Assembly (NCBI GenBank): GCA_002269645.1
Contig: NIVC01001210.1
Coordinates: 271,261-335,260, forward strand
Source of the DNA: Macrostomum lignano
Taxonomy: Eukaryota
DNA: 64,000 nucleotides
Reading direction: 5' to 3'
Every line of letters begins with the position of its first letter. The stretch's first letter is position 1. Below the pieces are notes generated by a model, which saw only the letters and a program-made list of their open reading frames with translations, was not told the DNA's origin and did no database searches. Positions 1 through 12,957 of the stretch are shown piece by piece. The translations under genes and the position numbers were made by a program.

Positions 1-449
<449 letters not shown>

Positions 450-460
450 GGCCAAAGTTT

Positions 461-1993
461 TGTCTGTGGCCAAAACTGTCCCCGAGTGACGCGCACGCGC
501 TAACTTGAAATTCAAAAGAAACAAAGTCACATTCTATTTCGACAGAGATTTTTGCACATAGATACATTTTTATTACATTAATCTAATTTTTTGTTTTTCC
601 TGCACTGCATAACTGTACAATCGTTGCGCAACAAGAAACGATATGAATGCTGAAGATCAGATTGAAGAAGAGGATGAATTGATGGAAGAAGAAGGAATCG
701 CTGAATTTGAAGCGGAATTCGATGAAGATATCGTGGAACAGCAGCCTCGCCAGTACGCCATTGTAAGCTATTGATGCTATTGACGGACCGTATCATCAAT
801 GCTGCTGATCGTGGGGATGACTTTGTGGAACTGGCGCGCCAACTTGGAGTCAAGAGGTCAACAGCGTACACAATTGTGCGGTCAGGGAGAGCGGAAAAGC
901 TGCCCAAAGGCGGAGCCAAACGATTCAAGTGGGATGAAGAAATGCAAGCCCACGTACTTGGTCTCATCCAAGCGAATCCGCTTATAACACTAAAAGAAAT
1001 GAATGCTGATCTGCGCCAGAAACTCCCAGAAAAGCCGCACGTAACGGAGAAAACGATCAGCGTTAAGCTTGATGGAGCTCTGTACACCACTAAGCTGGCA
1101 CGAGATCTCCCTGCAGATCGCAACTCCCCTCGTGTGATCGAAGTGTGGAGAGAATTTTGCGAGTGGCTTTGTTCTGTCGATGTTGTATCTGGCTACAAGA
1201 TATTCATCGATGAATTTGGCTTCAATACGTGGATGAGACGATCAATAGGGCGCTCTCGACGTGGTGAACGCGTATACAGGCAAGTGGCTACTCAGAAGGG
1301 ACTTCGAGTTACCGTCTGTTTGGCCATTTGTCCAGGTGTCGGTGTCGTGCACTACCAAATGCATGTATGATAAGGGCATGACTAAAGCGAAGTTTGGTGA
1401 GTTCCTGCAGATCACCGTCGGAAACTTCCAAGCTGAGTTCCCAGTCTCGCGTTGTTATGTTGTCATCGACAATGTAAGTTCTCACAATGACGCCGAAGAC
1501 TACGAGATTCCGGACACCATTCAGGTCAAGCGGCTTCCACCATACAGTCCATTTTTGACTCCTGTGGAGAACTCAATCTCCTGTTGGAAGGCCGCTCTGA
1601 AGAGAGAACTGGCAGCAGACCAGCAAAAGTTCATCGCTCCGACAGCCGAGCAGCGCGGGAATCAGTCGATGGCGGCCTATCGGCGAGACATTCTGTACAA
1701 CATGGTGGACAGAACCATTGGCTGCATCTCTGCGGACAAGTGCACTGAGTGGTTCAACCATGTGTTTACTTATGTCCCTCGCTGCCTTGGTGGACAGGCA
1801 ATTGATGGTTAGGTGTCGCAAGTTGACCAACTAACACTGTCTTGTTCCTGTTTTTTTATTTTACTCTTATTTCCGTCGATTTTTTGTGTTTTATCTCGAG
1901 TATTTGTCGAAATAGAATATAATGTGACTTTGTTTCTTTTGAATTTCAAGTTAGCGCGTGCGCGTCACTCCGGGACAGTTTTTGCCAGAGACA
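461..1993 (+). mobile_element. Tc1/IS630-superfamily DNA transposon with ~85-bp TIRs
   Basis: 461-544 (tgtctgtggccaaaactgtccccgagtgacgcgcacgcgctaacttgaaattcaaaagaaacaaagtcac...) is the near-perfect reverse complement of 1905-1993. The TIRs enclose a DDE transposase. The outermost termini and TA TSD are not recognisable. Confidence 0.9.
643..1812 (+). pseudogene. Frameshifted Tc1/IS630 DDE transposase
   Basis: Three pieces in different frames. 643-773 is an acidic leader (MNAEDQIEEEDEL...). 771-1370 has the HTH plus IFIDEFGF (first D). 1261-1812 has VIDNVSSH...LPPYSPFLTPVE (second D and E). Frame breaks lie near 770 and 1365. Confidence 0.88.
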
Positions 1994-2023
1994 GTCTGAA
2001 TTGAATTTCTTCTGTTTCAATAG

Positions 2024-2795
2024 TGTAGTGACTGGCTGCTATCTGGTTATTCAGCAGCATTCACTAGCTTTCCCTAAGGGCGCTGTGATCCGCTGCACAG
2101 TAGCTCAGTCCACCTGATCTAGTGAGAGAGATACCCTGTGCTGGGCCTAAGTGTTTACTGCCCGATGACTCATCGCCTGAGCGGGCGCGGGCAGCCACAC
2201 TCAATGTCTTCCCACTCGCGCTGAGGAAGCGTAGCAGGATGACTCATCACCTGCGCGGAGTATAATGGCTGCCTAGAGGGAGTAAACAGGATGACTCATC
2301 CGCCCATGTTCTATTTTTAGCACAGAATAAGCACGTGACTGTGCACGCACGCTGTGCGTGGCTACTGACCTTGAGTCACGCCACTGCTGTGTGACAGGGT
2401 TGCCTTATTTGGAAGTTGGCCTTGAATCACGCGTCGTTCGCATGATTTCAATGCCCCAAATAAGGAAGTTTCACGCGCTCACCGCATGAAACTCACGTGA
2501 CTTTTGGGGGTCCGCTCGTCTATAAATACGGAGCATCTGCGAGCCATTTTCTCCAGACCTGCGTCGTCTCGCGGAGCATTGTGGCTAACTCGTGAAGCCT
2601 CTGCCTCCGAGCTCTCCTCTCTCATTTCAGGTTTTACAGGTTTTCAGGTCCGAGCAGCATTCAACTAAGACGATCGACTGTCGAGACATTTTCAGATTTG
2701 GCCTTTGCTCCGAGTGTCTTCGTTAATTTTATTTCAGGTGATGGATAGACAACTCTGCCGACACGTCGAGTCCGCACACCAAGGTGGCAGCAACC
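2024..2795 (+). mobile_element. Possible LTR (promoter-like segment)
   Basis: Starts TGTAG and ends ...GCACA (2778), followed by ggtggcagc, which resembles a tRNA-Leu PBS. Contains GATGACTCATC three times (2164, 2238, 2290) and TATAAATA at 2521. No TSD or second LTR found. Confidence 0.35.
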
Positions 2796-3193
2796 CTACC
2801 AAGTCAAGGCTAACGTTTTAGGTTCATTTTCAGGCAAATCTATAGGACCGAAGCAAAGGGCAAACGTTACAATAGAAAGGGACTTTGTTTGAATTGAATT
2901 TCCGCAAGCGCTGATATTTATTAAAGTGTCTGAATTGAAGTTCTGCTTGTTTCTTTTGAACAAGACTTTGTTCAAAATAGGAGGTAAAATGGTGTAATAC
3001 GTAAGTACTTTAATAAATACTACTGACATAGACCAACAACAGTCTTTAATTGTGTGTCGCATGCAGTTAAAACAGATTGAAGTCAATCAAAAATCTAAAC
3101 AAAGCTGCTATAGAGCATTATTATTTAGTAACTTCACTTAAAAAAGGATTTGGTTAAGACAAATTAACCAATGTGACGTGAATTTGCAATTGA

Positions 3194-3659
3194 GACAGAT
3201 GCTAATATAGCCAATGTCTAGACACCCCTAGACACTAGGACAGATGCTAAGTATAGTCCCTAGACACCCCTAGACACTAGGACAGATGCTAAATATAGTC
3301 CCTAGACACCCCTAGACACTAGGACAGATGCTAAATATAGTCCCTAGACACCCCTAGACACTAGGACAGATGCTAAATATAGTCCCTAGACACCCCTAGA
3401 CACTAAGACAGATGCTAATATAGCCAATGCGTAGACACCACTAAGACAGATGCTAATATAGCCAATGCCTAGACACCCCTAGACACTAAAGACATGCTAA
3501 TATAGCCAATGCCTAGACACCCCTAGACACTAAGACAGATGCTAATATAGCCAATGCGTAGACACCACTAAGACAGATGCTAATATAGCCAATGCCTAGA
3601 CACCCCTAGACACTAGGACAGATGCTAAATATAGTCGCTAGACACCCCTGGACACTAAG
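3194..3659. repeat. Minisatellite, ~42-bp unit with 35/45-bp variants
   Basis: Repeated gacagatgctaaatatagtccctagacacccctagacactag. Confidence 0.95.
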
Positions 3660-3863
3660 AATTGACTTAATTTACACTGACAGTAACACTACTGACGTTA
3701 AGTACACAGATTTAATTAATCACAGTGCTTCCAGGGGGGTGTAGGATGATAGGATGAGCGGCAGCTTACAGATAAATGCATGAGCTGCCTGTTCTTTGTG
3801 CAGACTTCTATATCCTTCAAATTTTAACAGACGGTTGTCTGGTCCAAGCACTAATGAACAAGC

Positions 3864-5669
3864 ATGCTGGTAATAAGTGTGCTAAATCTCTCCAGTGCTC
3901 GACTGGTCAGTAGGCAACGCAATCGGAATTTTCTGAGCAGCTATGTATTCGGCACCACACGACGCCAGCCGCTTCGAGCTGATACAATCGGCCAAGCGTT
4001 GAACGCAGCTAGGCACAGGCAGCCAGATCAAAAAGCGTTCACATTTTGCTTCGGTAGTGAAACCGTAGGTAATTCGGGTCCGCGGATTGTACGCTTGATC
4101 GGTCAGCTTCGGACTGACGTTGACCGACTGGCGGCTGGACTGCTGGCGGCAGGCTTGGAGCCTGGCGATCGAATCGGCGTCTGGGACCCAACAGCCTGCA
4201 GTGACTCACAATTCAGTTCGCGGCCGCCAAAGCTGGCCTCGTTCTGGTGCCCATCAACCCTGCCTATCGGGCTGACGAACTCCGTTACTGTGCAAACCAC
4301 ATCGGACTTCGGGCGCTAGTTTATTCGAAGTCGTCGGACTACAATAGAATGCTAGATTTATGGCCACAGTTGGGCACAACGCAAAAAGGCTGCCTGGCTA
4401 GGGATTCAATGCCAACACTCAGCCACCTGGTTGCCATGGATGATATCAATCGGCCAGGTTGCTTTGGATTCAATGAGATCTGTCCTGTCGGAGAAAACAG
4501 CGATGCACTCGACAGACTTGCTCGAATCGAGGTTCGAGTTCAAATGAATGACATTGCGTGCATTTTATTCACGTCTGGAACTACCGGAAGTCCGAAAGGG
4601 GCCGCGCTGACGCATCACAGCATACTCAACAATGCTCGCTTCGCTGGGATTAATGCTGGTTTCGATGGATTCAGGCAGCGCATTTGTCTGCCGGTACCAT
4701 TTTATCACTGCTTCGGCATGGCTATGGGCATCTGCAGGTGCTGTTCCACTCTGCCAGCTTAGTCTATCCGGCACCGAGCTTCGACCCTGTGGCAACAATC
4801 GATGCAATAGAAACTGAGCGCTGCACAGCCGTCTACTGTACACCAACCATGCTGATCGATCTGCTAGAGCAGCCAGGTGTCGCTTCAAGGAATCTTTGCA
4901 GCCTGAGTGGTGGAATCGTCGGGGGAGCGACCTGTCCGTCGGAAATCATTAGACGAGCAAGTTCGGAGCTCGGCATGTCCCGCGTGACAATGGGCTACGG
5001 AGCTACAGAACCGAGCCCGATTATTTTCCATTGCCGTTGGGATGACAGCCAGGAGAAGCAAGAGAGTTCGGTTGGTCGGGTTGCGCCCCACGTGGAGGTA
5101 AAGATTGTAACGCCGAAGGTCTTCTAGTGCCTAGAGGCCAGCTGGGCGAGATCTGCACCCGAGGCTACCTACTCATGCGAGGCTACCATAACCAACCAGA
5201 AGCAACGGGTGAAGTGATCGGGCCCGACTGGTGGTAGAAGACTGGCGATCTCGGCTTTATCGATGAAGACGGATACGGCTATGTCAAGGGACGCATCAAG
5301 GACATGGTTATTAGAGGCGGCGAGAAAGTCTATCCAGCTGAGGTTGAAAACCTCCTGCACACTCATCCTTGTGTGTCGGAAGCTCAGGTTGTCGGCGTTC
5401 CGGATCCTCGTATGGGAGAGGAACTTTGCGCAGTGGTGCGTCTGAAGACCCCAGTGAGCGCCGAGGATTTGAGGGCCTACCTACGATGCCGAATTGCCCA
5501 TTTTAAGGTACCACGTTACGTAATTTTCAGAGACCACGAAATGCCCATGACGGTTACAGGCAAGGTGCAGAAGTTCAAGCTGCGTGAGGAAGTTGTCAAA
5601 GAACTTAAACTTAAATTTTTTAAAATGACTTTTAGAGGATGTCTTTTAATTATAAAGAGAAAAGCATAA
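3864..5669 (+). pseudogene. ACSF2: Intronless acyl-CoA synthetase family member 2-like pseudogene
   Basis: Motifs SYVFGT...TIGQAL, PINPAY, AMP-binding LFTSGTTGSPKG, LPVPFYHCFG, GYGATE, TGDLG, GRIKDMVIRGGEKVYPAEVE and TVTGKVQKFKLRE. Frameshifts near 4186, 4735 and 5125. In-frame stops TGA 4202-4204 and TAG 5235-5237. Confidence 0.88.
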
Positions 5670-6449
5670 TAAGCCATATTTTTATGAATAATATATGCGT
5701 CCATAATTCGTACTACTCTTAGCTATACACTGAAAAAATGGAGGACAGCAAAATTGAATAAAAAACGTTTTTATTCTGAATATGTAACAAAACCATGCCG
5801 CTCATGGTTATTAAATATTTAATTGCTCGACTTCGGCATGAGCAGACATTTGAGTGCAACTTCTCAAGCAAATAAAGCATGGTTCCTTGCATCTAGAATA
5901 AAGTCAGCACGTCTTCTGGGGCAGACACTTCAATTCCCAAAGCCTTCTTCTCGTATTTGATTGGGCCTCGATCTATTTAGATTAATTCAAAATCTCGCGA
6001 AGCCCGAAATTTGCATTCATCAGAAAGAGCATGCCTAAGCATAGTTGAAATCATGGATAATCTGCAACAACTGGAGCCCTGCATAAATGGGCCCCTAATC
6101 TGCATAGATTTTGCAGAAACTATAAATAGCTACCCGGAAACATTCATACTGTCTATACTTCCCTTCTTCATCAACAAATTTCAAGTGCAATTGCTCAAAA
6201 CTACGAAACTACGAATTAGCAATACCAACGACATATGACAAAGAATGATAGTAAATAAGCTTCTGCACTTTTAGAGCGCAACAGTAGATAAATAAATGCA
6301 ATAAAAACCAACTATCCAACAGTTTCGGAAGCATTAATACAAAGCCAAAAGAAATTAGACGCATTGCACTTAACCAGAAAGATTACTTAGAATTTGTCAG
6401 TTCTTCGCTCTCGCTACTGCAAAGCGGTATACGTACTTTTCAATCAGAC

Positions 6450-6578
6450 GGCTTGTTCACATCGACATCAAATGAGGCGAAATTTCGAGTGATGGCGCGA
6501 CTTGCATATTCATTTTCATTACTCTGAACATTAGTCGTGCGAGTTGACGGCTCATTTGACGGCAGTGTAAATGAGTCT
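6450..6578. mobile_element. Small MITE-like inverted-repeat element
   Basis: gttcacatcgacatcaaatgag (6455-) versus ctcatttgacggcagtgtaaat (6551-) form imperfect TIRs. No TSD confirmed. Confidence 0.4.
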
Positions 6579-6616
6579 TTAAAGACTGCGAAAAAACGTA
6601 GCTGCATACCCGAGCT

Positions 6617-8102
6617 TCAGCAGTAGGGATAGCCAGTCAGTGCCGCTTTGTCCCCGGTGTACGCAAGTCGACTCTGTCGTTGCAGCTCATTAATACCGGC
6701 GTCTCTAAGCCGCCGACAGTCCATGGGACCGATGCTGAACGCTGGTGACCAGCGGTTAGCCAGAAACGTGAAGTCGTTCCCGGAGGCGGCGGCGGCATCG
6801 CCTCGTTCAAGCGCCCGACAGCGTCTCCGGATGAACTTGCTGAGACTGCGGAACACGCGAAGCTCTGTACGAAATGAGGGACCTTCTTGGGCCACACGTC
6901 TCCAGAAGCTGGCATTGGCTGCCTGGTAGAGTTTGTAGTCAACGGGACTCCAGGCCTGGTGAACTCGCATTAAGTCGGGACGATGGGCAGCCATCATGCG
7001 GGGATAGCGACCAATATTTCGCGACACAAATAAAATGTCCTTGAAACTCCAGTTCATCAGGCGTTTCAAAAGCACAAGCGAATGCATGAAATAATCTGTG
7101 ATGAGGATCAGATCGAAATCGGCTATGATGCTGGCAACAAATTTATCAGCATCTTGGCCTTCAACGTAACCAAGGATGCGTGACATTGTATTCTTAGTCA
7201 GGCTATAGTTGTCCGGCACGCAGTAGCGCTTTGCAGCCCGGCGTGGTGATTGGTACTCGCTGTCGTAGCGCGGCAGGTCGCTCAGGTACGTCTCAAATGC
7301 ATCTGGCCGCCCACCTAGCCCTGTTAGGTGTTAGGAATACTTATTTATATGGCTGGAAGATTATTTGTTAATCAAATAAATATATCAAACCTGATATCTC
7401 CGCCATATTGTAATAGGCAAACAGGGATTGAAACTGCCGGAATGGCTCCCTCAGGCTAGTGATGTACACACAGGGCTTGGCCATGAGGCCATCGAGGAAG
7501 GTGCGGTTGTACACGCACTGGTCCAGCAGTACGCTAGGATGGGAGACACCCGAAGGCAGAACGATGTACTCCTGACGCAGAGGGTTCGGCCAGCCCAAAT
7601 AGATTTTGTTGGGCAGCGGCATGGCGAAGCTGAGATGCCGAGACAGCCCGAATCTGCGCAGCATCGAAGTAATCGTTTCGCTAGCCGACTTAATCACCTT
7701 CAAGTAGACGAAGCTCTGCCGTTCTGCACCTCGCCGGCGTTTGTTGTTTGAGCCTTCAACGTCGCCGGCAGCATCGTCTTCCTCGGAGTCCGGCAGCAGC
7801 AGCGGGGGCGGGGGCGGCCGTGGCTGTAGCTGCGCTCTGAGTGCCGCACCGAGGAACCGCCACATGCGGCTACCAACACTGTTACCGCCGCCGTTGTTGT
7901 GGTCGACAGCGTCGTGAACTTCACCATAACCGTGCGCTGAATCGTCTGGCTGGTTGCCAAACCAAGTGGCTGCGGTGGCTAGCAGCCATAGGCCGGCCAG
8001 CAGAAGGAGGCTGCGGATGGCGAGCCGTTTTACGGCGGCCGGATGAACGCAGCAGCGCATGTTGAGACGGCCTGAACGCAGGACGTCGGTGGATGGATAC
8101 AT
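6617..8102 (-). CDS. GAL3ST: Galactose-3-O-sulfotransferase family, type II membrane protein
   Basis: Exons 8102-7391 and 7320-6617 join in frame across a 70-bp GT-AG intron (…AEISG|LGGRPDAF…). N-terminal TM segment; motifs FVYLKVIKSASET, YITSLREPFRQFQSLFAYY, FDLILITDYFMHSLVLLKRLMNW and DYKLYQAAN. Confidence 0.92.
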
Positions 8103-9047
8103 GCGATTTCCTTGCTCAAACCCATATAAGAACTTTCAGTCTGTAACCTTAGATTTAGAATTCAGTCATTAAAACAAATGTTTTATAGAGTCAATAAGCA
8201 GACTTAGTTTCAATTCAAAGTGCTATGCTATATAAAGTATGTGGAGCCGTTTCTCTTCGAGAAATCTATTGTTATTGTTGTGCACCTCAGGTAAGCCTAA
8301 AACAGACCACTGCACGAACTCTACATGGACAAATTCTCGTATATGCAAGCATTGGCAGGCACCTATTGGTTTTAGTCCCGAATCAAACTTCATGGGATAA
8401 CTTGTCGGAAACCTTGCCGACGTATAAAATATGTAGCCTTGAAATATGACTTATAATGGTGATTAAGTGAGCTAGGACTAGTAAAAATATTCGAGGGTTC
8501 AATCAGATTCAACAAGTCACGTAGTAATAGCCCATAAATCAAGCGACCAATATCATTCTGTTACTAGCACTTCTGAGCACTTACCGAGATCGACGCACAA
8601 AAATTTACGCGCATAAATCAACGAGCCTTTGCCTATTTAGCAAGCTATAGCAAAATATGCTGCTCTTGCTGTTTAGCCTTTGCATTCCATAAAGTCAGGC
8701 CGCTGAATCTGTCCGCGCTTAATCTAGTTGAGAGTGGTAGCCTGCCACACACGCACACGTGGCTCCTTACGTATGCTACGCACGTACGTTCTACGTGCCT
8801 ATTTGTGGGCGGGTGTGTATGGCTACTCCAAGCTTCTCTGGTCCTGCAAGTACTCCAGCTCAGTAGTGTACGTACTTCAAAGTACACTCCAGGCATTGTC
8901 CGGACAGGAGAGAAATTTGAGCTCACCATACTGTACACTGAGGTCAATACGTTGCAGAATGTAGAGAATACCCACTTGGGTATAGGGAGTGAACGGGCTT
9001 TTAACAGCGTCGGATTGCACGCTAGTTTTGTTTCTTTCGCTTTGATT

Positions 9048-9154
<107 letters not shown>

Positions 9155-10797
9155 ATATTCTCTCATAGAATATTTCTAATTCTATGATCTGTGCTGACGT
9201 GTTGATACGAGCGTGTTAATACATAATCCTCATCCTCTATCCATTTAATAAATTATATTGTGGTTGCAGTCGCACAGATGACCAAATCCTTCAATTGAAT
9301 TAATAATTTTTTTTGTAGCCGAAATCGGCATTCAGTGAAGCTTGAATTTGAATGGTGCATTGGCACTGCAATAAGGCATTGCTAGAGGCATCACTGTTTC
9401 ATTCCCATGAAGCAATCATTTCATCATTGACGGTCCGTCGGGTGCTCCAGAGCAACGAGACTTGACAAGAGAGCTCTTCACAGATGCCTCTTGTCTCTCT
9501 GTATGTCTCTTAGACTGTACAGGGGTAAATTGACATAAAGTACATTTTTTTCAGCTTAAACAGGCACTAAAGCAGCCTTAGGAGATTCGGGACAGAGGGC
9601 GGAAGAAATGAAAAGGCGTGTAGGGATGGGCCAGCTGAGGCCGGGCGACTCTCCGCTTGCTGGCTTCAGTTTCTCTGACTTCACTGCGGAGAAGCTGGAG
9701 AACCTATGCCTGCACACAGGCGCAAATCACCATCGGTAACAAGCGGCAAATAATAATTGGCCAGCGGACAGGAAACTGTACCGCTAATGGAGATGAACCG
9801 TCTCGCTCTCTCCGATGTCTTTTTCCTGAGGGGGAGGGGTAAACCTAGGGAAGCGGTGGCAATATCGATTGGGACCTCCGGCGAAGCGATAATATAGTTA
9901 GAAACAGTTAGAAAGAGAAGCGCGATAGTTCTTAGCTAACCTGTGCTATTTTGGCTGTGGAGACGCGGGAACTTTAAAGTTGCTATGCGGCTGTTTTGAA
10001 TTCGATAATATAGATCATGTAGAAATGTGCGGCTTAGGCTACTGGTGCACTTTAGAAAGGTAATTTTACGTCAAAATACAGGCTTTTTTGGTTTGGTGTG
10101 CTTCTATCTCCTGTGAGGAAGTTCTACTTACTTACTAGTACTTGACTTAGCTGCAGGGGTTCCGGGCAACCGGATACAGCGGGGAGGCGTCGCCCCCCAT
10201 TTCGCTAACCCTCTGGCAATGTGAGTAAGATATTCGCTAATTACCTTAATCCTTATCTCAGGTGGCACGACATAGTAAAAAGATGCTGATTGTTGTCTCA
10301 AAAATACAACGCCTGTATCGGTCTATGGGATACTGAAAAAGCAGCAAAGCGTCTGCATGGTCCTGTCCTATTCGACGAAGATACGAATTAAAAATCATTT
10401 ATTTTTTGCCTGTCTCAGGTGCTCCTAGCAGCCCAGGCTTAAGATCCTGGGTAAGCGGCTTATGCACATCGGTAGCTTAATCTCTTGATTGCCCGAACGT
10501 GCTTAAGTACAGCATTAGCACCTTTAAATCCTGTCCCGTTAGCCTCTTTTTGCTCGCTATTGGGTTGACACAACTAAGGCTTGAATACATCAAAGAAACG
10601 AAAAACATCTCTATAAAGCCTATGCTTATAGCAGCCAATGAGAGCCGCGCAAAGTCAGATAGGATATAAATCCGGGTCCTTTGCTGTTCCTGTGAACACT
10701 GACAGCAGAAAGGCTCTGTAGCGATCCCAACAGACGTAAGCTCGTAAGATCTACAGAATGATTCCTCCTCTTTGTAACCATTAGTCTCTGCGTCCAA

Positions 10798-11975
10798 ATG
10801 GGTCTCTGCCTGGGCGCCTGTTGGCACGGGAAATCCGATCGACAGTCTCGGGCTGATGACGGAGGCTGCTGCAGCGATGCAAAGCTGCGACAATTTCGTC
10901 AACTGGAACCGGTTTCGCCAGGACTCACAGCCGATGAGAAGAGTATCGGGTAAGCATCAGCATCCTGGAGTTGATCAAATTAACTCTCACTAGCTACGGC
11001 GGCTCATGCCATATCTAGTATGGTTCCATTCAGTTGGGAACCCGATTTGTAGATGCTAAATAGGATTCCAATGGCTGTTTTTCAGCTCTCGAGAGTTAAG
11101 TACATGTATGAACACAGCATTAAAAGCAGTGCATTATCGTCCGCTTCTCTGAACCCCCATTTACCTCTTATAGACTGCAAGTAAGTATCATAAATTTTAA
11201 ATGAAGCCCTTAGTAAAAGGCTAAACACTTCTGTGTTGCTGGCTGCCTTTCCCTGTTCTAAACTGCCTAATCTCGAATTATGCGTTTCAAATACCATCTG
11301 TACACTGAAAATAGTAAACTAGCAATCACTTATATGCATGCTACTCTATATGAATGGTTTCTCTAAACATAGATCTCCCCAAAACGGCTGGGAGCTAACG
11401 GAATATAAATGAAAAGGTTAGGGACTAAAGAACTCCATGAGGAGGCTATAGGGACTATAGAACTCGATGAGAAAGAAGGTTAGGGACTAAAAACTTCATG
11501 AGAAGGCTATAGGGACTAGCAAACTTGATGAGAAAGAAGGTTAGGGACTAAAGAACTCCACGAGAAGGCTATGGGGAATATAGAACTTCATCAGAAGATT
11601 ATAGGGACTTTAAAACTCGATGGGCATAGTTAATTCATTGTGCTTTAATATCCGTACAATTTATTTTAGTACCTTTAAACAGTGCCTATTGTGCAGTCAA
11701 TGATAGTAGTACATGAATACAAGCTAACAATCAGATACTTTTCCTGTCAACAATGGAACTATTTAATAAACGATCAAATTAACAAACATCAATAACAGTT
11801 TTGTACTCTCATTAACAGGTCAACGCTAGTCGAGCAGTCAGCAATGCAATTGAGGCAACTGCAGCGACCCTCCAGCAGTGACGATGCTTCAAGGAAGCTG
11901 CAAAAACGGACGATGCTCTACGGCCTGAGGTCGATGCGTCCAGTTGACGAGGAGCCGGACGAGCAATTGAAATAG
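10798..11975 (+). CDS. Putative 102-aa two-exon protein with an N-terminal MGLCLG lipidation-type motif
   Basis: Exon 10798-10949 (donor gtaagc) and exon 11819-11975 (acceptor ttaacag) splice in phase 2 into one open frame ending TAG. A possible 5' UTR exon lies near 10419-10450. Confidence 0.5.
11400..11625. repeat. Degenerate ~60-bp tandem repeat
   Basis: Repeats of gagaaagaaggttagggactaaagaactcc...gaaggctatagggacta. Confidence 0.7.
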
Positions 11976-12406
11976 AAGGATGCTACGGTTTACGCTTCAA
12001 AATGCTGTCGGTAGACTGAACTGTCTCAGATCTGACCTTCTGAACTTTCAATTTGCAAATTAAGCGAGTGCTTGGTTTCTTAGATGCTGATGCACATGCT
12101 TTCTGCTATTTTTGGCCTGTTCCAGAGAATTTTCGATTGTCAAACACGCGTACCACCCAACAACCAAACGGTCGTTGAGACTTCTAGCTCAAAGTCATTT
12201 AAATCACCAATCTCAAATATTTTTGCTTAAATTAGTCATCTATACTGGCTGATCCCAAAGTAAGATTGGCATTCAGCTTTGAGTGCGTAAGTGTCTTAGC
12301 TAGGAGTTCTCGTACATAAGTTTTAGTCTTTTCTTGACGCACTTGTGGCAGGACAGTTTTGTACCAATCTCATTGTAATATTGGGAAGGTTTTTAGCCAT
12401 AGAAAA

Positions 12407-12689
12407 TTATGTATCCCCCTTTTGCCCCGGGCGAGTGTCTATGTGACGCATGTTTTCATTTATTTCCCTAGGTGAATAAATCATTTATTTCCCGCTGCCC
12501 CGCGGGCTGATAGATTCGAGACAACAACCATAGACAACGAACGGGGGATACATATCATATTCCCCACTCATTTAGCTGTCTAGGGCCAAAAGCACTCGGT
12601 GTCTCGATCATTGACCTCGGCTTCGCCTCGGTCAATAAACGAGACACCTCTTGCTTTTGCCCGCTAGACAACAAAATAAATGGGGAATA
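12407..12689. mobile_element. Double-palindrome (fold-back) non-autonomous element
   Basis: IR 12407-12444 versus 12529-12553 (contains ccatagacaa). A second, ~130-bp palindrome at 12558-12689 is centred on GGC-TTC-GCC. Confidence 0.65.
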
Positions 12690-12821
12690 TATACCATTTA
12701 TTGTAAGCTCTTTTCTTTCTTTTTGTTAGAACTTGAAGAATTGGGGGACTAGAATAAAATTCAAACAGGTTGAATCACAACCACGTCCATCCACACAGGC
12801 TACGAGCGTTTATTATAACAA

Positions 12822-12957
12822 GGGGGTTGTAGCCTAATGGGTGGAGCGTCGGACTTACGACTGAAAGGTCGGGAGTTCGATTTTGGACCCAGTGGCCTTG
12901 AATTTGTGGCCTTGAGCAAGACACTTAACTCTGCATTGCTTCAGTTCGCCCAGCTTG
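12822..12957 (+). mobile_element. tRNA-derived SINE, 5' part
   Basis: A-box-like tagcctaatgg and B-box-like agttcgatt, then the core ccttgagcaagacacttaac. A homologous copy lies at 58842-59077. Confidence 0.75.

Noticed and set aside
578-1123. 181-aa antisense ORF over the transposase
   Set aside because: It is a shadow frame of the plus-strand coding sequence.
1355-1372. Programmed frameshift in the IS630-like transposase
   Set aside because: No slippery heptamer is visible, and a second frame break near 770 indicates decay.
10477-10902. 141-aa minus-strand ORF with a hydrophobic stretch
   Set aside because: It has no ATG start or recognisable motif and overlaps a better-supported plus-strand spliced ORF. 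It is not fully excluded.
12822-12895. Functional tRNA gene
   Set aside because: The anticodon and acceptor stems pair poorly and the sequence runs into a SINE core shared with 58842-59077.
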